From Gemmatimonadales bacterium (GTDB taxonomy: Bacteria > Gemmatimonadota > Gemmatimonadetes > Gemmatimonadales > GWC2-71-9), in the NCBI GenBank assembly GCA_035712665.1, contig DASTAN010000098.1, forward strand, positions 1 through 53,438: 53,438 nt of DNA, read 5' to 3'. Shown here piece after piece: positions 37,119 to 45,051 of this stretch; position 1 is the stretch's first letter; every line of letters begins with the position of its first letter. The notes under the pieces are model-generated. The model searched no databases and had not been told where the DNA came from. It saw only the letters and a list, made by a program, of their open reading frames with translations. Made by a program: the position numbers and the translations under genes.

Positions 37119-39364
37119 TTCTTCCGCTTCCACCCCGGCCACCAGTTCCACTCCCCTGCGATCTGCATCAGCGACGGCACCAGCACCATCCGGATGATCG
37201 TCGCGTCGAGGAGCACCGCGACCGCGAGGCCGAAGCCGACGAACTGCATCAGCAGGATCCGCGCGAAGGCGAAGGCGCCGAAGACCGCGATCATGATCAG
37301 CGCGGCCGAGGTGATGACGCTGGCGGTGGCGCTGAGTCCCTCGCGCGTGGCCAGGGTGTTCTGCCCGGTGCGGTCGAACGCCTCCTTGATCCGCGCCAGC
37401 AGGAAGACCTCGTAGTCCATCGAGAGGCCGAACACGACGGCGAAGACGAGAATCGGCACCAGGACGTAGATCGCGTCGGTGGGGCCGCTGATCCCGAACG
37501 CCGCGCCGCCGGTTCCCTGCTGGAAGACGAGCACGATGAGCCCGAACGTCGCCGCCACGCTGAGCGAGTTCATGATCACGGCCTTGATCGGCACCAGCAC
37601 CGACTTGAAGACGATCGCCAACATCACCGCCGTGACGCCGAGGATCAGCGCCACGACCAGCGGGAAGCGCTCGAGCAGCAGCGCCTGGAAGTCGAGCGCC
37701 CCCGCGACATAGCCGCCGACCTTGCTCTCGGCGTTCCGCAGCTGGCGGATGCTGCCGCCGGCGATGACGCCGCGGACGTCCTCGACCACGTCCATCGCCG
37801 TCGTGAGCGACGTCGTGTCGGCGAGGATCACGTCGACCAGGGTGATCCGCCCGTCGGTGCCGAGGTACGCATCGAGGAAGTCGGGATAGCGCGCGCGCAC
37901 CGTGTCGGGCTCGCTGTAGAGCAGCGAGTACTCGAGCAGCGTCGTCCCGGGGGCGAGGTCCACGAGCGAGCGGACGTCGCGGATCCGGGGGTCGGTGCGC
38001 AGCGTGTCCGACAGCCGCTTCAGGCCGCGGAGCGCGGTGGCGCCGGTGGCATCGGTCCCCTCGGGGAACTCGACCAGGATGCGGATCGGCTGGATGTAGC
38101 CCGACATCCCCATCCGCTCGAGCGTCGCGACCCCGGCACCGGCCTCGGTCTGCTCGGGCCACCAGTGCCGGCTCGGCAGGCCGATCCGCAGCTGCAGCAC
38201 CGGCAGCGTCAGCAGCGCGATGATCGCGGTGCCGATCGCCGCGGCGCGATACGGGTGCCGCGAGAGCGAGCGCGCCCACCGCTCCCAGATCTGCGGGCGG
38301 TGGTACCACGCGAGGCGCGACGCGAGCCACTTCGGCCGGTCGATCTGGCGGCCCAGCACCGCGAGCAGCGCCGGAAGCAGCGTCGTCGAGAGCGCCACCG
38401 CGACCGCCACCACCACCAGCCCCGCGATCCCGACCGAGCGCGTCTCGGTGAGCGGCGTCAGCAGCAGCGCGCCGAAGCCGACCACCACCGTCGCGCCCGA
38501 GGTCACGACGGCGTGCCCCGCGGTCTTGAAGGTGCGCACCGCGGCTTCCGTCGCGCGGAGCCCGGCGGTCAGCTCCTCGCGGAACCGGGTGACCACCAGC
38601 AGCGAGTAGTCGATGCCGACACCGAGCCCGATCATCGAGACCATGTTGAGCACGAAGATCGACATCGGCATCACGGTGGCGATGACGCCGACCGCCGCGA
38701 GGGCGATCGCGATCGCCATCACCCCGACGATGATCGGCAGGGCCGCGGCGACCAGCGCGCCGAAGGCGAGCACCAGGATCGCGAGCGTGATCGGGATCAG
38801 CTTCCGCTCGTTGCGGCTGGCGTCCTCGGCCGTGACCTGGCGGATGTCGAGATCGAGCGGGGCGCGCCCGGTGACCTGCACCGTGTAGGCGTCGCGGTCG
38901 GGGAAGCGTCGCACCACCGAGTCGAACGCCTGCCGGAGCGGGGCGACGTGCTTCGCGACCTCCGACCCCTGCTCGTCGAGCGCCACGAGGAAGAAGGTCG
39001 TGCGGCCGTCGCGGGCGACGAAGGTGGAGTCGTTGGTCGAGCGGTACGAGACCGTGCCGCTCACGCCCGGGTGCCGCTTCGCCGTGGCGAGGAGGGCATC
39101 GAGGAGCTCGCCGCCCTGGCCGGCGACCATCGTCGATGGCCCCTGGACCGTGACCGCGAAGAACTCGGCGATCGGCCGCGCGAAGCGCGAGGTCAGGAGG
39201 GCGTCGGCCTCGCGGGCTTCGGTGATCGCCTGCGCCGACGAGCGCAGTTCGAGTCGCTCGACGGTGTCCCCCGCCCGGAGGGCGGCGACCACGCCGATGA
39301 CGGCCCACGCCGCGATGACGGCCCACCGCCACCGGACGAGGGCTTTGCCGAAGGACTCGAACAC
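37100..39364 (-). CDS. MMPL/RND-superfamily membrane transporter
   Basis: Two repeats of a periplasmic loop plus TM bundle, with MMPL-like ...GIDYSLLVVTRFREEL... and ...GLSMDYEVFLLARIKE... Start set to GTG 39364 (VFESFGKALVRWRW...), because upstream ATGs would overlap the divergent gene. The start remains uncertain. Confidence 0.8.
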   Translation of the reverse strand: MFESFGKALVRWRWAVIAAWAVIGVVAALRAGDTVERLELRSSAQAITEAREADALLTSRFARPIAEFFAVTVQGPSTMVAGQGGELLDALLATAKRHPGVSGTVSYRSTNDSTFVARDGRTTFFLVALDEQGSEVAKHVAPLRQAFDSVVRRFPDRDAYTVQVTGRAPLDLDIRQVTAEDASRNERKLIPITLAILVLAFGALVAAALPIIVGVMAIAIALAAVGVIATVMPMSIFVLNMVSMIGLGVGIDYSLLVVTRFREELTAGLRATEAAVRTFKTAGHAVVTSGATVVVGFGALLLTPLTETRSVGIAGLVVVAVAVALSTTLLPALLAVLGRQIDRPKWLASRLAWYHRPQIWERWARSLSRHPYRAAAIGTAIIALLTLPVLQLRIGLPSRHWWPEQTEAGAGVATLERMGMSGYIQPIRILVEFPEGTDATGATALRGLKRLSDTLRTDPRIRDVRSLVDLAPGTTLLEYSLLYSEPDTVRARYPDFLDAYLGTDGRITLVDVILADTTSLTTAMDVVEDVRGVIAGGSIRQLRNAESKVGGYVAGALDFQALLLERFPLVVALILGVTAVMLAIVFKSVLVPIKAVIMNSLSVAATFGLIVLVFQQGTGGAAFGISGPTDAIYVLVPILVFAVVFGLSMDYEVFLLARIKEAFDRTGQNTLATREGLSATASVITSAALIMIAVFGAFAFARILLMQFVGFGLAVAVLLDATIIRMVLVPSLMQIAGEWNWWPGWKRKKEMGDQ

Positions 39365-39446
39365 GGCACAATGGTAGGACGCGCCCGCCCCTGACGCCAG
39401 CGTGACCCCTCGCGCCGCCGCGTTCCCGTGCCGATATTCCCCTCTT

Positions 39447-40226
39447 ATGTCCCCCCGCATCCTTGGCGTCATCGCCGCCGCGCTCGTGGCGCTCATCGTC
39501 CTGTCGCGTGCCCAGCGTCAGGACGCGCCGGCCGCGACGGTGATCAACGCCGACACCGACGCCCTGGTCACGGCCGGGGCGCCGACCCAGGGCGCGGTGG
39601 CCCGCGGGCCCGACTCGATCGGCACCCCGTCGATCGATCTCCTCGCGCGGCTGGCGATCCGGCGCCGTCTCGAGCGCGACCGCGGCCGGGTCTACCTCGA
39701 CTCGCTGCTGCTGCAGACCGACTCGACGCTGGTGCGCTGGCCCGATCGGGCCGACAAGACGATCCGGATCGCCCTCGTCGCCGACACCACGGTGCCCGGC
39801 TTCACCCCGGCGCTGCTGGACCACGCCCGGGCGGGGATGGCGGCGTGGCAGTCGAACGAGGCGGGACTGCAGCTCCGCGAGGTCGACGATCCGCTGACGG
39901 CGGACATCCGTGTCGAATGGGTGACGATGCTCCCGGATTCCGCGCAGCTCGGCCTCACCGAGATCTCGTGGGAGGGCAACGGGAGCGCGAACCGGGCCCG
40001 CATCCAGCTCGCCCTGCGCACCAACCCCGACTCGCAGGTCGTCCCGGCGGCGATCGCCCGCCGAGTCGCGGCCCACGAGTTCGGGCACGCGCTGGGGCTG
40101 CCGCACTCGCCGGTCGACACCGACCTGATGTTCCCGTCCTCGCCGGTGGCCGCGCCGTCGCGCCGCGACCAGGCCACCCTGCTGCTGCTCTACGCCGTCC
40201 CGTCGGGACCGCTCAAGGATCCGTGA
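39447..40226 (+). CDS. Metzincin-type zinc metalloprotease (matrixin-like), membrane-anchored or secreted
   Basis: HEFGHALGLPHS (HExxHxxGxxH) followed by a Met-turn candidate ...DLMFP. N-terminal hydrophobic segment. Start re-set to ATG 39447. Confidence 0.75.
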   Translation: MSPRILGVIAAALVALIVLSRAQRQDAPAATVINADTDALVTAGAPTQGAVARGPDSIGTPSIDLLARLAIRRRLERDRGRVYLDSLLLQTDSTLVRWPDRADKTIRIALVADTTVPGFTPALLDHARAGMAAWQSNEAGLQLREVDDPLTADIRVEWVTMLPDSAQLGLTEISWEGNGSANRARIQLALRTNPDSQVVPAAIARRVAAHEFGHALGLPHSPVDTDLMFPSSPVAAPSRRDQATLLLLYAVPSGPLKDP

Positions 40227-40260
40227 CACCTCGCGGGGCACCGGAACGTCTCCGGTGGTG

Positions 40261-41415
40261 ATGCGCTCGCTCCTCGTGCTCCGCCTCGCCTGGTTCGCCC
40301 TCCTGATCGCCGCGCCGCAGCCGGCCTCGGCGCAGGCATCACGCATTGACGCCGCCGTGCGCGATGGCATCCGTCGCGGCACCTTCCCCGGCGCGGTCGT
40401 GGTGGTGGGCCGCGCGGACACCATCCTGTATGCGCGCGGCTACGGTCGCTTCGCCTGGTCCGGCAACAGCAGCGTGCCCGATCCCAGCCGCACGCTCTGG
40501 GACATTGCCTCGCTGTCGAAGGTGGTCGGCACGGCGAGCGCGGCGGCGGTGCTCGCTGGCGAGGGACGGCTCACGCTCGACGCGCCGGTCGCGGCGTTCC
40601 TCCCCGAGTTCACCGGCGGCGGGAAGGACAACGTCACCGTGCGGATGCTGCTCGACCACACGTCGGGGCTGCCGGCGTGGGCGAAGCTGAACGGTCCCGG
40701 GATCACCCCCGACGAGGCCGTGCGTCGGCTGCTCGCCGTGCCGCTGGCGCGGGCGCCGGGGGCGACGGCCGAGTACAGCGACCTCAACGCGATCCTCGCG
40801 GGAATGGTGCTGGAGCGCGCGGCCGGCACCACGCTCGACCGCCTCACGCGCGAGCGCGTCTTCGCGCCGCTCGGGATGACCAGCACGGCGTGGCGTCCGG
40901 CGCCGACCGACCGCACCCGCATCGTCCCGTCCGCGCGCCTCGCCGATGGCACGCAACTGGTCGGCATCGTCAACGACGAGAACGCGCGCGCCCTGGGCGG
41001 CGTCGCGGGGCACGCCGGCCTCTTCTCGACCGGCCTCGATCTCGCGCGCTTCGCGCAGGCGTGGCTCCGCGGCACGCGCCGCGGCGACGCACCCTGGGCC
41101 TCGGCCACCACCCTCGCCGCCTTCCTCGAGCGACGCCCGACCACCGGCACGCGGGCGCTCGGCTGGGACACGCCGCGCACGCCCGACGACGGCAAGCCCT
41201 CGCTCTACGGCGCGTGCGCGACGAGCACCACGGTCGGCCACACCGGCTGGACCGGCACGGCGCTCTGGCTCGATCCGCAGGCGGATCTGTTCGTGGTGCT
41301 GCTCACCAACCGGAGCTACGCGCCGCGGCGCGGCTCACGATCGTTCGACGAGATTCGATTGGTGAGGGCCGCGGTGAGTGATGCGGCGAGACGGATCGTC
41401 GGCGGGGGATGCTGA
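40261..41415 (+). CDS. Serine hydrolase, beta-lactamase (class C/esterase) family, secreted
   Basis: Signal peptide, SxxK motif ASLSKVV, ...YSDLN..., ...GHTGWTG. The start could be GTG 40255 or ATG 40261. Confidence 0.85.
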   Translation: MRSLLVLRLAWFALLIAAPQPASAQASRIDAAVRDGIRRGTFPGAVVVVGRADTILYARGYGRFAWSGNSSVPDPSRTLWDIASLSKVVGTASAAAVLAGEGRLTLDAPVAAFLPEFTGGGKDNVTVRMLLDHTSGLPAWAKLNGPGITPDEAVRRLLAVPLARAPGATAEYSDLNAILAGMVLERAAGTTLDRLTRERVFAPLGMTSTAWRPAPTDRTRIVPSARLADGTQLVGIVNDENARALGGVAGHAGLFSTGLDLARFAQAWLRGTRRGDAPWASATTLAAFLERRPTTGTRALGWDTPRTPDDGKPSLYGACATSTTVGHTGWTGTALWLDPQADLFVVLLTNRSYAPRRGSRSFDEIRLVRAAVSDAARRIVGGGC

Positions 41416-41483
41416 GAGGAGAGATCCGAGATCGGAGATCGGAGGTGCGATCTCTGATCTCCGATCACCGATCTCCCCTCTCC
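41414..41483. repeat. GATCGGA-type palindromic element, copy E6
   Basis: GAGAGGAGAGATCCGAGATCGGAGATCGGAGG-TGC-GATCTCTGATCTCCGATCACCGATCTCCCCTCTCC. It starts inside the stop codon of the upstream gene. Confidence 0.9.
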
Positions 41484-41490
41484 TGCCTGC

Positions 41491-41814
41491 TCAGTGCCCC
41501 AGGAATGCCCGGACCCTGGGATCCATCCGCTCGGGCGTCCAGTACGGCTCCCACACCAGCTCGACATCCACCGCGGTGATTCCCTCGAGGTCGGCGAGGG
41601 TCTGGCGGACATCCTCCATGATCTCGGCGCCTGACGGGCAGCCCGGCGAGGTGAGGGTCATCTTCACGTGCGCCGCCCCCTCGTCGGTGACGGCAACCTC
41701 GTAGATCAGGCCGATGTCGATGACATTCAGCCCGAGTTCGGGATCCTTCACGGCCCGGAGCGCCTTGCGGGCGATCTCCGGGGTCGGCACGGGCGAGACG
41801 TTCGGCGTGGTCAT
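41491..41814 (-). CDS. DUF59 / MIP18-family Fe-S assembly protein (SufT-like)
   Basis: ...VKDPELGLNVIDIGLIYEV...VKMTLTSPGCPSG... Confidence 0.8.
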   Translation of the reverse strand: MTTPNVSPVPTPEIARKALRAVKDPELGLNVIDIGLIYEVAVTDEGAAHVKMTLTSPGCPSGAEIMEDVRQTLADLEGITAVDVELVWEPYWTPERMDPRVRAFLGH

Positions 41815-41823
41815 CTGGTAATC

Positions 41824-42978
41824 CTACTGGTTCGGTCCCGATTCGGGGAGGGTGTGCAGGGTGGCGAGCAGCGCCTCCCCGATCGCCGCGGCCTGCCAGC
41901 GGCGGACCTCCTCGATGGCGGCCAGCCCGGCAACATCCTCGGGTTGAACACGCGCGATCGCCTCGAGGGTTCCGTTCGGGCAGAGGACCCCCGGCTGCAG
42001 CCCCAGCTCCTCGGCGAGCCGGTTGCGCGTCTTCTTGAGCGCCTCGACCCGCGCCTCCCAGGCCAGGTCGGGGACGCGCCGCGGCGGTCGCTCGACCTTC
42101 GGCAGGGCCGAGTCGGGAATCGCGAGCCCCCGTTCGATCGCCGCGAGGACCTCCGGGCCACGGCGTTCGGCGACATCGCGACCGATCCCCTTCACGCGGC
42201 CCAGGTCGGCGATGGTGCGGACCGGCCGCTGGGCGAGCTCGAAGAGGACCTCGTTCCCCATCACCCGGAACGACGCCCGGTCGAGCCGGGCGGCCGTCGC
42301 CTCGCGCCAGTTGTAGAGCTCACGGAGGATCGCCATCGCCCGACGCTCGAGGGTCTTGGCCCCCTTGAGGCGGAGGTAGCCGGACTCCAGGTCCTCATCG
42401 ACCGGCGTGGTGCGGAGCAGCTCGAGGCGCTCGAACTCCTCGGCGGCCCAGCTCTCGCGGCCCATCTCGACCAGCCTGGCTAGAAGTAGCGACCGCAACT
42501 CCTCAAGGTGGTGCGTGTCGCCGGCCGCGTAGTCGAGCATCGCCGGCGAGAGCGGCCGCACCGACCAGTCGGCCCGCTGGAAGCGCTTGTCGGGGCGCAC
42601 GTCGAAGTACTTCTCGAGCAGTGCCGCGAGGCCGATCCCCGGCTCGCCCAGCAGCTGGGCGGCGATCCGGGTGTCGAAGAGCCGGGTCGCGGTGAAGCCA
42701 TACTGCTTGTGGAAGAGCCGCAGGTCGTAGTCGGCGTCGTGGAAGATCTTCTCGATGCTGCGGTCGGCCAGGATCGCCCCGATCGGCTCGAGCGAGCCGA
42801 CGCCGAGGGGGTCGATCACCACCGTCAGGTCGGGGGTCGAGAGCTGGATCAGGTAGATCCGGTCGTGATACCGGTGGAACGACGCCGCTTCGGTGTCGAG
42901 TGCGACGCGGGGCGCCCCCTCGACCTCGCGCAGGAGCACCGCGAAGTCGGCAGGCTGGTCGATCAGGCGGACGGTCAC
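41824..42978 (-). CDS. rnd: Ribonuclease D
   Basis: DEDD exonuclease motifs (VALDTEAASFHRY..IYLIQL, HDADYDL, YAAGDTHHL) plus a C-terminal HRDC-like region. GTG start at 42978. Confidence 0.85.
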   Translation of the reverse strand: MTVRLIDQPADFAVLLREVEGAPRVALDTEAASFHRYHDRIYLIQLSTPDLTVVIDPLGVGSLEPIGAILADRSIEKIFHDADYDLRLFHKQYGFTATRLFDTRIAAQLLGEPGIGLAALLEKYFDVRPDKRFQRADWSVRPLSPAMLDYAAGDTHHLEELRSLLLARLVEMGRESWAAEEFERLELLRTTPVDEDLESGYLRLKGAKTLERRAMAILRELYNWREATAARLDRASFRVMGNEVLFELAQRPVRTIADLGRVKGIGRDVAERRGPEVLAAIERGLAIPDSALPKVERPPRRVPDLAWEARVEALKKTRNRLAEELGLQPGVLCPNGTLEAIARVQPEDVAGLAAIEEVRRWQAAAIGEALLATLHTLPESGPNQ

Positions 42979-42979
42979 G

Positions 42980-43153
42980 TCAGTCCCGGCGCTTCGCGGC
43001 GACGTCGATCCCCTCGGCGGCCTGTTCGAGCGCCTTGGCGAGCGTCTTCAGGTACTCCGGGTCGAGCACCACGGGGGTGCCCATCGAGGCGTCCATCGCG
43101 AGCTGGCGGGTGAGCCGCGCGGCGTGGCGGATGTAGTCGGTTGCTGGAGGCAT
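42980..43153 (-). CDS. Small hypothetical protein (57 aa), not in the ORF track
   Basis: Hand translation MPPATDYIRHAARLTRQLAMDASMGTPVVLDPEYLKTLAKALEQAAEGIDVAAKRRD. GAAGG lies 3 nt before the ATG, third codon positions are GC-rich, and the stop sits 1 nt before the rnd GTG. Confidence 0.45.
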   Translation of the reverse strand: MPPATDYIRHAARLTRQLAMDASMGTPVVLDPEYLKTLAKALEQAAEGIDVAAKRRD

Positions 43154-43180
43154 CCTTCAAGCTAGTCGTGGCGACGGGCA

Positions 43181-43258
43181 GAGAGGGGAGATCGGAGATC
43201 CGAGATCGGAGGGTCTATCCTTCCCTCTCTGGTCTCCGATCTCCGATCTCTGATCTCC
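43181..43258. repeat. GATCGGA-type element, copy E7 (in a divergent promoter gap)
   Basis: GAGAGGGGAGATCGGAGATCCGAGATCGGAGGG-TCTATCCTTCCCTCTCTGG-TCTCCGATCTCCGATCTCTGATCTCC. Confidence 0.85.
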
Positions 43259-43269
43259 GCGAGGCGAAC

Positions 43270-44445
43270 ATGACGATCCACCTCACCGTCTACCCCGACG
43301 AATGCGATGCCTTCGGCCACCTGAACCAGGCGTCCTACCTCGCGCTGTTCGAGCGAGCCCGCTGGGAGCTGCTGGCGCGCGGCCCGGGAATGGATGTCTT
43401 CACGCGCGCGGGGGTGTGGCCTGCGGTGCGGCGCGTGACGATCGACTACCTCGCCGGGGCGTGGCCGGGGGACGTGCTCGCCTTCACCGTCGAGCTCACC
43501 GGGCGGGGGCGGACATCGTTCACGCTCAAGCAGCGGGCCGAGCGCGTCTCCGACGGTCGGCTGGTCGCGACCGCGGAGCTGGTCTTCGTCTGCATCGATC
43601 ACGACGAGCGGCCGGTCGAGGTGCCGCCGGGGATTCTCGCGGCGCTCACCGAGAGTCCGCGCCGCGTGACGCTGCCGAGCGGCATCACCTACGCCGTCGA
43701 CGAGCGCGGCGAGGGCGACACGGCGGTGCTCTTCCTGCACGGCTATCCGCTCGATCGCACGCTGTGGCGCGCGCAGCTCGACGGGCTTCGCGGGCATCGC
43801 CTGCTCGCGCCCGACCTGCGCGGCTTCGGCGGGTCGGAGCATCGCGATCCGCCGCGCACGCTCGAGGCCCACGCGGATGAACTCGCGGCGCTCTGCGATG
43901 CGCTCGGCGTGCGCCGCGTGATTCCCGTCGGACTCTCGATGGGCGGCTACCTCGCGCTCGCGTTCGCGGAACGCCACCGCGAGCGGCTCGCCGGCCTGGT
44001 GCTGATGGACACGCGGGCGAGTGCCGATGACGAGGCCGGTCGCGCGAATCGTGACGCGGCGATCGCGACGGCCGAGCGCGACGGTGCGTCAGCCATCGCC
44101 GACGCGATGGCGCCGAAGCTCTTCGCCGAGCAGGTCGAGTCCCAGGTGCGCGACGGGATCGTGCGGGTGATGCGCGCGGCCCCCGTGGCGGGGATCACGG
44201 CGGCGCTCGCGGCGATGCGCGATCGCGCGGATCGCACCGCATTGCTGCCGACCCTGACTGGCCTGCCGGTCCTGGTGATGGTCGGGACCGAGGATCGGCT
44301 CACGCCGCCCGATGCGGCGCGCGCGATGGCGACGGCGATTCCCGGGGCCGAGCTCGTGGAGGTGGAAGGGGCGGGGCACCTGCCGCCGGTGGAGCGCCCC
44401 GCGACCGTGACCGAATCGTTGCAGCGCTTCCTCGACCGCGTGTGA
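43270..44445 (+). CDS. Fusion protein: hotdog-fold acyl-CoA thioesterase (4HBT/YbgC-like) plus alpha/beta hydrolase
   Basis: N-terminus YPDECDAFGHLNQASYLALFERARWE (4HBT-like). C-terminus ...LFLHGYPLD..., nucleophile elbow GLSMGG, ...GTEDRLTP..., ...GAGHLPP. Start re-set to ATG 43270. Confidence 0.8.
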   Translation: MTIHLTVYPDECDAFGHLNQASYLALFERARWELLARGPGMDVFTRAGVWPAVRRVTIDYLAGAWPGDVLAFTVELTGRGRTSFTLKQRAERVSDGRLVATAELVFVCIDHDERPVEVPPGILAALTESPRRVTLPSGITYAVDERGEGDTAVLFLHGYPLDRTLWRAQLDGLRGHRLLAPDLRGFGGSEHRDPPRTLEAHADELAALCDALGVRRVIPVGLSMGGYLALAFAERHRERLAGLVLMDTRASADDEAGRANRDAAIATAERDGASAIADAMAPKLFAEQVESQVRDGIVRVMRAAPVAGITAALAAMRDRADRTALLPTLTGLPVLVMVGTEDRLTPPDAARAMATAIPGAELVEVEGAGHLPPVERPATVTESLQRFLDRV

Positions 44446-44532
44446 AACCTTTGCCCCCCTCAGGCGTTTAAGAGGATGGCGCTCCCGATGGAACCTCTCC
44501 CTCCATCAACGCCAGACCGTAGTTGTCCTACC

Positions 44533-44584
44533 ACAAAACCTCGCCCCCGGATGCGTGAGCGTCCGGGGGCGGAGTCTTTTGTGG
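44533..44584. terminator. Bidirectional rho-independent terminator between convergent genes
   Basis: ACAAAAC-CT-CGCCCCCGGA (44542-44551), a 10-nt loop, TCCGGGGGCG (44562-44571), then GAGTCTTTTGTG. T-rich tails are present on both strands. Confidence 0.6.
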
Positions 44585-44589
44585 GTCAT

Positions 44590-44662
44590 GGGCCTTGGGC
44601 CCTGAGCCTTGAGCGCTGCCGTGTGATGATCTGCTCACGGCTCGCGGCCCGAGGCTCACGGC
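44590..44662. repeat. Heptamer-periodic imperfect palindrome (GRGCCTT/RGCCNYG units)
   Basis: GGGCCTT GGGCCCT GAGCCTT GAGCGCT GCCGTG-TGATGATCTGC-TCACGGC TCGCGGC CCGAGGC TCACGGC. It ends at the ferredoxin stop codon. Confidence 0.75.
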
Positions 44663-44926
<264 letters not shown>

Positions 44927-45051
44927 CGGAAAACAGCTCCTCCGGGCAGGGCCGGGTGGGGTGGCGACTGGGGGGACAGGTCGCGACGCTGGCGGACAGT
45001 AGGAACCGCTCCCGCGCCGCGCAAGGGGGTGTCGCGCTAGCTTCTACCGCG

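Noticed and set aside
36726-40424. 1232-aa minus-strand ORF spanning the end of polA, the MMPL gene and the metalloprotease gene
   Set aside because: The translation is Arg/Gly/Pro/Ala-rich low-complexity sequence with no motifs. It overlaps three genes that have clear conserved motifs in other frames or strands. This is the typical long-ORF artefact of very GC-rich DNA.
42975-43160. 61-aa ORF from the track upstream of rnd
   Set aside because: Its sequence is Arg/Pro/Gly-rich with no start context. A different frame (42980-43153) gives a balanced 57-aa protein with a Shine-Dalgarno-like site and a stop coupled to the rnd start.
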